Positions 20,179 to 30,900 of a DNA stretch of 64,000 nucleotides are shown in pieces (within the stretch, counting starts at the first letter, position 1; every line of letters begins with the position of its first letter). The notes beneath the pieces were generated by a model that had not been told where the DNA came from, made no database searches, and saw nothing but the letters and a program-made list of their open reading frames with translations. The position numbers were made by a program, and so were the translations under genes. Origin of the DNA: Candidatus Cloacimonadales bacterium. Its GTDB lineage: Bacteria; Cloacimonadota; Cloacimonadia; Cloacimonadales; JAFGVF01. Location: contig OY759729.1 of the NCBI GenBank assembly GCA_963662585.1, positions 1,316,947-1,380,946 of the forward strand. The letters run 5' to 3'.

Positions 20179-21537
20179 TCACAGTTCGACAATATTCAAC
20201 TCAGACATCTTACGATAGAGTGTCTTTCTATTTATTTTTAGTTCTTTAGCAGTTTCACTTTTGTTATGGTTACACTTATCTAAAGTTTCTAAAATCAATC
20301 TTTTTTCAGTTTCTTTTAGGACCTCGTACAATCCGGCATCATCACTTAAAAGAGTATTTTTTCTTTGGTAATAATTCTTTATGGAAAGATGTTCGGGGAG
20401 AATAGTTGTTCCTGGACAGTATAAAACAGCAGTAAATATGATATGATTAAATTCTCTAATATTTCCTTTCCAATAATAAGAATTAAGCACTTCCACAGCT
20501 ACTGGTGAGATAGCTGATACATTTTTATTGAGTTCTTTATTTGCCTTATTAATAAAATACAAGGAAAGTTTTTCAAAATCTTCATTTCTATCATTTAGTT
20601 CAGGAATTTCTAGTAGTACTTCATTCAATCGATAGTAAAGGTCTTCTCTAAATAAGCCTTTTTTAATTAAGGGTTCAACCTGTTCATTAGTAGTAGCTAT
20701 GATTCTAAAATCAGCATGAACCTCTTTATTACTACCTATTGGATAGAATTTCTTCTCTTGGATAGCTCTGAGCAATTTAGCTTGACTACTAAGGGGAAGA
20801 TTTGTTATTTCATCTAAAAGAATAGTTCCTTGATCAGCTAATTCGAATTTGCCTTTATGTCCATTTGCTCCAGTAAAAGCACCTTTAGCACTACCAAAGA
20901 GTTCATTTTCAATCAAGTTTTCTGGGATAGCACCACAATCTACAGCAACAAAGGGCTTATCAGCTCTTTTACTATGCTGGAAGAGCATTTTAGAAAAAAC
21001 TTCTTTTCCTGTACCACTTTTCCCAGTAATAAAGACATTAAGATTGGTAGGAGCAAGCACTTTTATCCTTCTTACTAATTCATTAATAATAGTACTTTCT
21101 CCTATGTAGATATCATCTGCATCATCTGTGAGTAAATAGTTGTTCTTACTACCGATTAATTTATCTATCAGTTGTAAAAGCTTATTTTTTTTGACTGGCT
21201 TTAATAAAAAGTCAGCTATTCCATATCTCATCACTTTAATAACATCAGTTATCCTAGAAGTTCCTGATATAACAACAATCTCTGTATTAAGCGAAATCTC
21301 CCTACACACAGGTATTAAATCAATCCCTGAGTCTTGTCCCATATATATATCTAACAACATGACATCGATCTCTTCACTCTCGAGAAAAGATCTCGCCTCA
21401 TAGTTGTTAGAAGCACAAAATATAGAGAAATTACTATTGGAGAGAAAGTCCGTGAAGAGTTTTAGAATAACTACTTCATCATCTACTATTAATATATTTG
21501 CTCTACTATTCTCTTTAATGTTTTTATTCATATTCAT
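20179..21537 (-). CDS. Sigma-54-dependent response regulator (NtrC family)
   Basis: Receiver domain (ILIVDDE...DVMLLDIYM), AAA+ sigma-54 activator core (GKSGTGKEVFSK, GAFTGA loop, ILLDEI, REDLYYRLN) and a C-terminal Fis-type HTH (ETAKELKINRKTLYRKM). Confidence 0.85.
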   Translation of the reverse strand: MNMNKNIKENSRANILIVDDEVVILKLFTDFLSNSNFSIFCASNNYEARSFLESEEIDVMLLDIYMGQDSGIDLIPVCREISLNTEIVVISGTSRITDVIKVMRYGIADFLLKPVKKNKLLQLIDKLIGSKNNYLLTDDADDIYIGESTIINELVRRIKVLAPTNLNVFITGKSGTGKEVFSKMLFQHSKRADKPFVAVDCGAIPENLIENELFGSAKGAFTGANGHKGKFELADQGTILLDEITNLPLSSQAKLLRAIQEKKFYPIGSNKEVHADFRIIATTNEQVEPLIKKGLFREDLYYRLNEVLLEIPELNDRNEDFEKLSLYFINKANKELNKNVSAISPVAVEVLNSYYWKGNIREFNHIIFTAVLYCPGTTILPEHLSIKNYYQRKNTLLSDDAGLYEVLKETEKRLILETLDKCNHNKSETAKELKINRKTLYRKMSELNIVEL

Positions 21538-21635
21538 ATTTTCCGATTATAAGTTTTTATTGTCAAGATAATATTTTACCCAATGTAATTTTAGTAAATA
21601 TTTTACTCATTAAATAATTACGATTTAGCAAGTTA

Positions 21636-24230
21636 TTAAATCATTTTAATTAAGTTTTTTGCTACTTTAATTGCTTCAGGAATCTTTGCAAGATCTTTAC
21701 CACCTGCCATTGCTGAGTCTGCTCTTCCTCCACCTTTTCCACCCAGAATAGCAGCTAATTGCCCAACAATTTTACCAGCATGATAGCTCTTGGTTAAATT
21801 AGGAGTAACTACTGTAAGCAGAGATACTTTATCTTCAAATCTAGCAATTAGCACACCAATACCAGATTTCAGTTTATCTTTTAATTGATCCCCAAGAGTT
21901 CTTAAATCATTAGGGTTATCTACTTTAACTTCGCTAACAACAAGTGTTATATCATCAATTATTTCAGCTTTTGCAATTAGATCGTTGATTATAGACGAAC
22001 CCTCTTTTGCTTTTAATTCTTCAATTTCTCTTTTTAATTCTCGACTCTCATCTAAGAGCTTTTCTATTTTTTCTTCTATATTTTTATCATTTGCATTAAC
22101 AAGTGCTTTTATAGTGTCTAGTTTTCCTTCTTGATTGCGTAGATATTCCATAACTTTATCACCTGTTATGGCTTCAATTCTTCTAATACCTGCAGCAGAA
22201 GAAGATTCAGTCAGTATTTTGAAAGAAGCAATTTCACCTGTTGATTTAACATGAGTTCCCCCACAAAGTTCCATGGAGAAATCTGCAACTGAAACAACTC
22301 TCACTTCATCACCATATTTTTCTCCAAAGAGAGCCATTGCTCCTGATTCTTTTGCTTCTTCAATCGACTTAACTTCAACTGAGACTTTGTTATTGCTTCT
22401 AATTTGAGCATTAACAATATCTTCTACTTGAGTTATCTCTTGAGGGGTTAAACCATTAAAATGAGTAAAATCAAATCTTAAGCCTTTGTTATCAACTAAA
22501 GAACCTTTTTGTTGCACATGAGAGCCCAAAACGCTTCTAAGAGCTGAATGAAGTAGATGAGTTGCAGTATGGTTAGAGGCAATATCTCTGCGAAGGCTTT
22601 GAGTAACACTTGCTTGAACTTTCCCTCCAATTATCATCCCAGAAATAAGTTTTCCGATATGAATCCAAGCTCCTGAGACTTTCTTAACATCGAATACTTT
22701 TACCAAGAAGTCCTTGTTCTTAATTTCGCCTTTATCACCAGTTTGTCCGCCTGATTCAGCATAGAATGGAGTTTTATCCAGCACTATTTTAACTATCTTC
22801 TTTTCATCAATAGCGTAGCGTAAGATGGTGCTTTCAGAGGTTAATGATTCATAGCCGATAAAATCAGTTTGTTGATTTTTTTCCACAAACACCCATTCAG
22901 TGTCATCAACATCCATAGAAAATTTAGAGTTTTGTCTAGCTCTTTCTTTCTGTTCTTCCATTGCCAGATTAAAGCCTTGCATATCAACAAATAGTCCTCT
23001 CTCCTCAGCTAAAATAGTTGTTAAATCTACTGGAAAGCCAAAAGTATCATATAAGGTAAAAGCTTCTTTACCTGGAATTATCTTATTTTCTAAGTTATTA
23101 GCAATGTCTTCAAATCTCTCTAACCCCTTATCTAAAGTCTGATTAAATCTCTCTTCTTCAGCCTTGATAATCATTATTATATAGTCTCTCTTATCGTTAA
23201 GTTCACTAAAATGATCACCCATAACATCGATAACAGAATCAACTAATTTATATAAGAAAGGTTCTTTAAGACCAATTTTTCTACCATATCGGGCAGCTCT
23301 TCTGAGAATTCTTCTGAGAACATAACCTCTTCCCTCATTAGAAGGCATTCCACCATCTCCCAAGGCAAAAGTTAAACATCTGATATGATCTGCTATAACC
23401 CTATGTGGAATTGAGGTTTCAGGATCGTAAGCAACCTTAGAAATCCTACTAATCTCATTAATAATTGGCATAAAGAGATCAGTATGATAATTTGAATCTT
23501 TGCCTTGAAGAATCTGACAAATTCTCTCGAAACCTGAACCAGTATCAACATGAGTCTTCTTTAGAGGTGTTAAACTACCATCAAGCTCACGATAATATTG
23601 CATAAAGACGAGATTCCAAATTTCCATATAGCGATGGCAATCACCATTTACATCGCACTTATGTTCACCTTCAACACCACAGAAATCTGTGCCACGATCA
23701 TAATGAATTTCTGAACATGGTCCGCAAGGTCCTGTTTCACCCATCTCCCAAAAGTTGTCTTTATCGCCATGATAAGAAATATGAGAAGGGTCAATATCTG
23801 TTAACTCTTTCCAGAGGTCATAAGCTTCTTGGTCAGAATCATGAACAGAAGCATAAAGTCTTGATTTATCTAATTTCCAAACATCGGTTATTAGTTCCCA
23901 GGCCCAAGTAATAGCCTCTTTTTTGTAATAATCACCAAAAGACCAATTTCCTAACATTTCAAAGAAAGTATGATGATATCCATCTTTTCCCACTTCATCC
24001 AAGTCGTTATGTTTTCCACCTGCTCTAATACACTTTTGAGAATTAACAGCCCGCAAATATTTTGCTTCTACTTTATCTAAAAATATATCTTTAAATTGAT
24101 TCATCCCTGCATTAATAAATAGAAGGGTTGGATCATCTTGAGGAATCACCGGTGATGATGGAACAAAGGTATGACCCTTGGACTTAAAAAAATCTATAAA
24201 TTGAGCTCTGATTTCGCTACTCTTTTTCAT
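21636..24230 (-). CDS. alaS: Alanine--tRNA ligase
   Basis: 864 aa with a typical N-terminus (IRAQFIDFFKSKGHTFVPSS), an editing-domain HxxxH (HTATHLLH) and CGGTH motifs, and a C-terminal DHHA1-like domain. Confidence 0.95.
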   Translation of the reverse strand: MKKSSEIRAQFIDFFKSKGHTFVPSSPVIPQDDPTLLFINAGMNQFKDIFLDKVEAKYLRAVNSQKCIRAGGKHNDLDEVGKDGYHHTFFEMLGNWSFGDYYKKEAITWAWELITDVWKLDKSRLYASVHDSDQEAYDLWKELTDIDPSHISYHGDKDNFWEMGETGPCGPCSEIHYDRGTDFCGVEGEHKCDVNGDCHRYMEIWNLVFMQYYRELDGSLTPLKKTHVDTGSGFERICQILQGKDSNYHTDLFMPIINEISRISKVAYDPETSIPHRVIADHIRCLTFALGDGGMPSNEGRGYVLRRILRRAARYGRKIGLKEPFLYKLVDSVIDVMGDHFSELNDKRDYIIMIIKAEEERFNQTLDKGLERFEDIANNLENKIIPGKEAFTLYDTFGFPVDLTTILAEERGLFVDMQGFNLAMEEQKERARQNSKFSMDVDDTEWVFVEKNQQTDFIGYESLTSESTILRYAIDEKKIVKIVLDKTPFYAESGGQTGDKGEIKNKDFLVKVFDVKKVSGAWIHIGKLISGMIIGGKVQASVTQSLRRDIASNHTATHLLHSALRSVLGSHVQQKGSLVDNKGLRFDFTHFNGLTPQEITQVEDIVNAQIRSNNKVSVEVKSIEEAKESGAMALFGEKYGDEVRVVSVADFSMELCGGTHVKSTGEIASFKILTESSSAAGIRRIEAITGDKVMEYLRNQEGKLDTIKALVNANDKNIEEKIEKLLDESRELKREIEELKAKEGSSIINDLIAKAEIIDDITLVVSEVKVDNPNDLRTLGDQLKDKLKSGIGVLIARFEDKVSLLTVVTPNLTKSYHAGKIVGQLAAILGGKGGGRADSAMAGGKDLAKIPEAIKVAKNLIKMI

Positions 24231-24817
24231 AATTTAGTCTCCGTAAAGTTATTAATATTAATCTATTGTAACAAGGAAGAAAAAGCCCTAATTGTGTCAA
24301 GGAAAAAGGAGATTTACATCTCGATTATGCTTCTTAACTTCCATCAAATTCAATCATAATCTAGAGGAATTACCAAAACTAACATTCTGACATATCCAAG
24401 TTTGTTAAATCAAAAAAACTTTTCATGTTACTTTATAGACTAGTTATTTTTCTAATTAAAACCATAGAGAATTGTGATTCAGTAAATTGTTAAAATGCTT
24501 CCGTAGTAGTTATAAATCCATTGCATATGGAGAATGATACTAATCTAGAAAATAAAATAAAATAAAAAAAATAAAATAGAAGAGATAGTATTTATATTAA
24601 GATCATGTATATAATTCAAAAAATAATATCCTAACACTATTATTATTATTATGTTAGAGAAACATAGAAGTGCATTATTTAATCAATGTTTCCATTTATA
24701 ATACTCAGCAGAAACTAGGAACAAGACGCACACTTACGTTTTTTTGAGCTGGTATTAACTCCCCGCAACTCTTGTTTTCTATCATAATGCAGTAAGATTT
24801 CTTAACATTACTAATGA

Positions 24818-25447
24818 TTAGTTATTAGAAAATATATTCTCAATGACTTTAGGTAACTTAGGGATAATTCTTACTTCTATCCTTCTGTCATTTTGGCTAT
24901 AATAGCTTTCACTATCTTTATTTGAGTCTTTTTTAGGTTTTTCCGATCCGTATGAAGCTTGAACAATATCTACATTCTTTTTTAACTGATCATCTAAATT
25001 AAGTTTTATCTGTTTAACGAAAGATCTTGCCCTATTTAAACCCAATTTGTAATTATCATAACCAAATTCATCTCCAGACCTATCGGTATGCCCTTCAACA
25101 ATTATACAATACTTTTTATATCTATCATTATTTATAAGAAAATCATTCAATGCTTTGGAGAACTTTACCGCAAATGCTATCCCTTCATCATTCAACTCAG
25201 ATTTAGATATACTGAATAAAATAGATTCATTAATAATAATCTTATTCTCCATTTTTACATATTCAATGTTAGGTATATTTTCCAATAAATAACTAATATC
25301 ATTAAACTCTTTTAACTCTTCGTCTTCAAATTGTTTTATTGTAAAAAAAAATATATAAAATAGAACTAAGAAAATAAAAAACAATGAAAGAAAAATATCA
25401 ACAAAAGAAGCCCAATAATTGATATCATTTTCAGATTCGTACATCAT
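24818..25447 (-). CDS. MotB/ZorB-like protein: single TM with conserved Asp plus OmpA-like peptidoglycan-binding domain
   Basis: The TM helix WASFVDIFLSLFFIFLVLF has an embedded Asp as in MotB/ZorB. The OmpA-family motif is IIVEGHTDRSGDEFGYDNYKLGLNRARSFV. The start overlaps the upstream stop (ATGA). Confidence 0.75.
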   Translation of the reverse strand: MMYESENDINYWASFVDIFLSLFFIFLVLFYIFFFTIKQFEDEELKEFNDISYLLENIPNIEYVKMENKIIINESILFSISKSELNDEGIAFAVKFSKALNDFLINNDRYKKYCIIVEGHTDRSGDEFGYDNYKLGLNRARSFVKQIKLNLDDQLKKNVDIVQASYGSEKPKKDSNKDSESYYSQNDRRIEVRIIPKLPKVIENIFSNN

Positions 25448-27018
25448 AATCTCTTTCCGAATAAATGGCCCATAATACCCTTATTTTTGGTTGTATCAGG
25501 ACTACTTACCTTATCTTCTGATGTATGTTTATTGGATACGACATCTCTAATATTCTCTTCTAATTTCACTAATTGGTTAGAAATCTTTTTGTTAAGATTT
25601 TCATAATTTTCTATTAGATGGTTATCATCCCTAGATAATTTTAATAATTTCGTTATTTCGTCAGTATTAACTATATTAACAGATACATTTTCTTGACTTT
25701 TTATAAAACCAAAAAGATCATAAATATTTTTCTCAAATTTCTCTAGGTTCTGAGTTAATTCACTACTGAACTGAATGCTATGGTTACTGTAATCTTCCAT
25801 AATTTTGGTAGTAATTCTTGTAATATCATCAAATGCTATTTTTGCATCAATAGTTCGAATACTTACATCAGATATTTCGTTAAAATATTTCCCTAAATTT
25901 CCAACAAGTTTATCAATATTTTCAACATAATTGGGGATATCCACCATGTTTTCTAAAGATTTTGCTGATTTCACAAATGACTCAAGAGTATTATCTAATT
26001 TTAACATAGAATTTAGTGTTTGATCTGTCCTAGAATGAAATAAATTAGAAGACTGTAAAATATTCTCTATTTCTGGTAAAAGGGAATCTATGGCTGTCAA
26101 GTTGTTATTGCTTACAATATTATTTTTCAGAGCTAAAGAAGAATTTTCATCCATCCCTTGGTTTAACTTATTAAGATCACCAAAAATGGTTGTAAATTCT
26201 TGTTTTTGATTGATTAATATATCTTCATACTTCCTTAAATGCTTATCATTAATTTCAGTAAATGATTTAGTAAAATTTATAATTGTATTATTGATCAATG
26301 ACATTATACTTTCAATTCTATCAATACTCATTGCAGTTGTTTCATATTTACTTTCAATAAACGCTTTATTTTCTTCTCGATAATCTAACAAAAAATTTCC
26401 TAAAGCTACTTCTAAATTTTCGACAGAAGAGATTAATCTATTATCGAATTTAGATATGTAAGTTTTGGGCAAAAACATGGTTGAAAAGATTGTTTCAACA
26501 TCATGGATTCTACGAACAATTTCAGATTTTACTAAGGACCAAATTATACGAATAATTATTGTTGTAAATAGAGCAATAAGCGAAGTTATAAATCCAAACT
26601 TAGCTGAATCAATTAATGATAACATGATTTTCTGAGTTTCATAATCACTACCAAATGAAGAGATTCCAATTATTATTCCCAAAAATGTTCCCAATAAACC
26701 AACAATTGGTAAAATATTGGTTATTAGATTTATTTTCCTATCTGTTTTATTCAAATCATAATATATGAAATTTTTAAATATCTCAATTTTAATCTCACTT
26801 TTATTTTTGATAGAATTATACACATATAATAAATGTGGCTCTTGTCTAATAAAATCTAAATTTAACTTCATAAAGTCAGTAATACTGGAATTACTAAATA
26901 ACTCATTATTACTTTCGATGTCTTCTATTCTTTCCAATTGATGATATATAGATAGTAGCAAAACTGTTAACCCAACGATAACAATTAGAGCTGACACGAT
27001 CATTGCTCCAATAAACAT
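25444..27018 (-). CDS. MotA/ExbB/ZorA-like proton-channel protein with ~350-aa helical C-terminal tail
   Basis: Three TM helices with a MotA_ExbB-type signature (NILPIVGLLGTFLGIIIGI...FGFITSLIALFTTIIIRI). The remaining ~350 aa are low-complexity alpha-helical/coiled-coil sequence. An AAGAGG RBS lies upstream. Confidence 0.7.
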   Translation of the reverse strand: MFIGAMIVSALIVIVGLTVLLLSIYHQLERIEDIESNNELFSNSSITDFMKLNLDFIRQEPHLLYVYNSIKNKSEIKIEIFKNFIYYDLNKTDRKINLITNILPIVGLLGTFLGIIIGISSFGSDYETQKIMLSLIDSAKFGFITSLIALFTTIIIRIIWSLVKSEIVRRIHDVETIFSTMFLPKTYISKFDNRLISSVENLEVALGNFLLDYREENKAFIESKYETTAMSIDRIESIMSLINNTIINFTKSFTEINDKHLRKYEDILINQKQEFTTIFGDLNKLNQGMDENSSLALKNNIVSNNNLTAIDSLLPEIENILQSSNLFHSRTDQTLNSMLKLDNTLESFVKSAKSLENMVDIPNYVENIDKLVGNLGKYFNEISDVSIRTIDAKIAFDDITRITTKIMEDYSNHSIQFSSELTQNLEKFEKNIYDLFGFIKSQENVSVNIVNTDEITKLLKLSRDDNHLIENYENLNKKISNQLVKLEENIRDVVSNKHTSEDKVSSPDTTKNKGIMGHLFGKRL

Positions 27019-27029
27019 ATTTAACCTCT

Positions 27030-27935
27030 TTATTCTAAAATAATTTTACCTTTCTGCTGAATTATGAATGTCCCTTGAGAACTCTTAGTGTATGTAGGGT
27101 TTGAAACAATTTTAAAGTCTTTCTTTTGCACTGTTTCATTATTAATAACTGGATATTCAAAGGCATCACTATACCTTGAAAAAAAACTGTTATAATTATT
27201 GATATTAATTTTCATTTGAATTGTTAGTACATATTCATTGTCTTCAAGTTCTTCTAAAAACATATTTGAGTCAGCAGAATCAGTTTCTAATTCCTTAGAA
27301 AATGTTTTAAAAGTTACCCATATCTTTTCTTTTACAATCTCCGGTATATCATCTTTAGTAACTTCTGGTTTCTTATTACTTTCGGTAGCAGAATATTGAA
27401 CTAGATTATTGTTAGAAAGTTCTTTAGATGAATGATTACTTACACCATCTTTTTTTTTTTGGTTTTCTCCTTGGTTTGTCTCTCTGTTATTAATTCTATT
27501 ATTAATGATTAATTCTTTAGGTCTTTGAGGAACTTCTTTCTCTTTCTCCTCTTCTACATTTGTTTTTATATCATTAGTTTTTAGTTTTACTCTTTCTTCT
27601 AGTAAAGAGATGTCCCTTTTTAGTGTATTTAATTTATAATTTAAGTCATCTTTTTTTGTTTCAAGATGTTCAAATAATGAACGATAATCTCTACGATAAT
27701 CTCTAAATGATAAATTATATTTTATGTCTATAGTATAAATTATAACATCTATCAATACTAATAAAGAAGCAATAATGAATACAAAGATATAAGCATAATA
27801 TTTCTTGAAGCTTATTAAATTCAACTGGTTTAAGGGTTTAAAAAACATAAGAAGAATAGTTACAATAAAAATCACTGTTATTATATAAAAGGTAATTCTC
27901 AATGTTATTATTCTATTAGAATATTTACTTTTCAT
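27030..27935 (-). CDS. Two-TM coiled-coil protein, unknown function
   Basis: Two N-terminal TM helices, a coiled-coil segment (LNYKLNTLKRDISLLEERVKLK), a polar low-complexity linker and a ~100-aa C-terminal domain. The gene is tightly packed in the operon. Confidence 0.6.
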   Translation of the reverse strand: MKSKYSNRIITLRITFYIITVIFIVTILLMFFKPLNQLNLISFKKYYAYIFVFIIASLLVLIDVIIYTIDIKYNLSFRDYRRDYRSLFEHLETKKDDLNYKLNTLKRDISLLEERVKLKTNDIKTNVEEEKEKEVPQRPKELIINNRINNRETNQGENQKKKDGVSNHSSKELSNNNLVQYSATESNKKPEVTKDDIPEIVKEKIWVTFKTFSKELETDSADSNMFLEELEDNEYVLTIQMKININNYNSFFSRYSDAFEYPVINNETVQKKDFKIVSNPTYTKSSQGTFIIQQKGKIILE

Positions 27936-27939
27936 TAGA

Positions 27940-30900
27940 CTACTCCATTAGTAAATGATTTAGTTTTTTGATTAAATCCTGCATTCCGATAATAAAGATA
28001 GAACTAGACAAAGTTTGATATTTTTGATAATTATCAGTCATTGAAGTTCTAATTTTTCCCTCAATTTTCCCCCAATCATCAAATAAATCAAATAATAATT
28101 GATCCATATTCTTTAATTTTTCATCTTTGCTAAATATGTCTTTATACAGCTTACTTTCCTTGACAACATTAAAGAAATAAACATTAAATTTATATAAGTT
28201 TGTCTCTTCTTTGATTAAATTTAACTCAGATAATTTATTATCTTTTTCATTAAATATCTCATCAAATTCTGATATTTCTACAGAACATTCCTTAACGTTT
28301 CCATTAACATAAAGATTTTCATTAATCACAGGTGTATAAACTGAGTTCATGTCAGAGAATTTTTTATCCATATTGCACAATCCATATACAACTTCAGATT
28401 TATTTGAACTTGAAACTATGAAGTCAATATCCTTATCAACTTTTTCATCTGAATGTCTTAGACTGAAATTAATGATAGTTTTGTAAATTTCCAATTCATC
28501 CTCTAGAATTTTATTCTCTACTGGACTTGTCCAAGTAATTGATCTTATTCCATTTCCTGCTAAACAGACATCAATTTTGGTGTAATCATTAACATAATTT
28601 TTCATTTGTGAGCCAATTTCAAAAAATAGAGCACTATAAAAATATAACAATATTAAGCGAGGTCTATTAAATTTATCTTGAGTTGTCATTTTTTTCATAG
28701 ACTGAGTACTGATCTTTGAAACCATGATATTATAAATTGTTTTGAAATCTCCAGAATATGAATTCAATTCATTCTCGTTAACTTTATTGTCATATAGATA
28801 TCTTTCTTTAATTATATCATATAAAGGAGAAATTATTTTCATATTGCTATCTTTATAACCAATAACATTGTTACCTGCCCATAAATGACTAAATAGCATC
28901 AAAATTCCACCATTTTTCCAAATTGAAATATCTGATGATCCCCCTCCAACATCTATTACAATTGAGAGATTTGATGAGTTTTTTTCAATTTTACCAATAT
29001 GATTAAAGTACATTAAGCTTGCTTTACTTTCATCATAAGATTCAATATTCGGGTTGTTTAATATGTTACTCCACATGATATTATAATTTCTAATCTGTTC
29101 ACTAGAGAAGGCTTTCGGATAAGCCCATCTAAATAAAGTACTTTCGAGATTAACACGTTTTTTAATAAGCTCTGCATAAACTAAAAAGAATATAGTTTTG
29201 AGAAATGCTTCAGACCTTACTTGATTTTCATTATTAATATGCCATTTTAAGTTATAATATTCTTCTAGATTTATTCTCAAAATATTTAAATTTTTCACAT
29301 AGGAAATTACAGAGTCACGTATTGGTATCGGATGTTCATTTCTTTTATCTATATAAATCCTAGTATTAAATGGCATATTTACAGAATAATCTTTACTATT
29401 ATCATTTAAAAAAACGTTAGGTAAAAACCAATTAGTTATATTTTTCCAAAAATCTGTAATTATTGGATTTGCTTTTATTTCTTTATCTGTTGGAGATATA
29501 GATGATATAAATTCATGTTTGTTAATATTTATCTCATCAAATAAAGAATTATACTTCAACAATTCACAATTAGTATCATTTTGATGATCATCAATCAATA
29601 TTGCTACATTAGTGTGGGAAGTCCCAAAATCAAAACCAACAATTGCATTGTTTTTACAATTCTCAACATCAGTTAAATTGCTTAAATTCAGTATCAAATA
29701 ATTATAATTTTTGGATGTCTTTTCAATAAGCTTAATATATACTGGAAGTTTTTTTAAAGCCGCTACTTCAATTTGAGTTACATCTTGCTCCCCTGTTTTT
29801 CGAGAAGGATCATAAATTATAGGTGTAAATTTTGAATCATAAAATTCAACATTTAAATCAAATTTATCATTCAAACTCTTAGATACTAGCAAATAATATG
29901 GAAGTCGCCATTGTTTAGAATTTATTTTAGGCCATATAAGTACATTGGGTACAGGAGTTTCTTCATTAACAAATTTCAACAATATATTTTCTTCATTACT
30001 ATTAACACCTTGATGATAATATTTATTAATATTGATAATTCCATTCTTAGTAGGTATATCTAAACTAACTTTAATACCTTTACTACCTGCATCTGAGATA
30101 GACAGATATTTTTCAACATCAGCATAGTCAAAGTAGGTGAAATACAAATCAGTCAGTGGTATTGTATATTTTGATAGAGAGCTTTCTTCCCCTAGAACAA
30201 AATTATTTTTATTGAAATCTACATTGTTTTGAATAATAAACGGAGTAAAAAAATCGTGGAAAGGACTTATCCAAGGATATTTTACTTGTTCACCTGGAAG
30301 AACAAATCTATTCTTATTTTTTAATTCCGATAGTTTATAATTTTTATACCATTTATAACTATCATAAATAACACTATTTACCATATTATGGTCAGGATTT
30401 ATTATCAATGGTAGTATCCTTTGGTCACTTTTACTAGGATTAATTATTAAACCAGAGCTTAAAATACCACCTTTATAGATTCTTAATTTATCAAGCATTC
30501 CTTCTTCATTATTGAAAAGAGGGTCATTTTCATCTGGCAATTTAGAAAAACTAATATTACAATTTTCACAAATACCTTTGTCTTCCAGAAGAGCATTATA
30601 AAGTACCTTATAATCTGGGTTACTCTTTAGTTCAGGCAACAGATAATACATAATATATATTTGAAACCGCTCAGGTCTGTCTTTTAATAAAACAGGTTTT
30701 CTAAAGTACCTCTTTAAGTATCGATTCTCTGTTATTTCCTGTGAAATGAAAAATAAGGAATTGGGACATGTGCCTCCTAAAACAATCTCTCGATTACTTA
30801 GTGTTTTAATTGTTAAAATATTGATTTTCTTTATTTCTGGGCCAAAAGGAAACAGCTCAAAAATCTCTCTAATAATACTATCTTTATTATTTTCAAAAGT

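Noticed and set aside
24520-24600. AAAATAAAATAAAATAAAAAAAATAAAATA low-complexity tract downstream of the operon
   Set aside because: It is a simple A/T-rich microsatellite-like sequence, typical of intergenic DNA in AT-rich genomes. There is no evidence of function.
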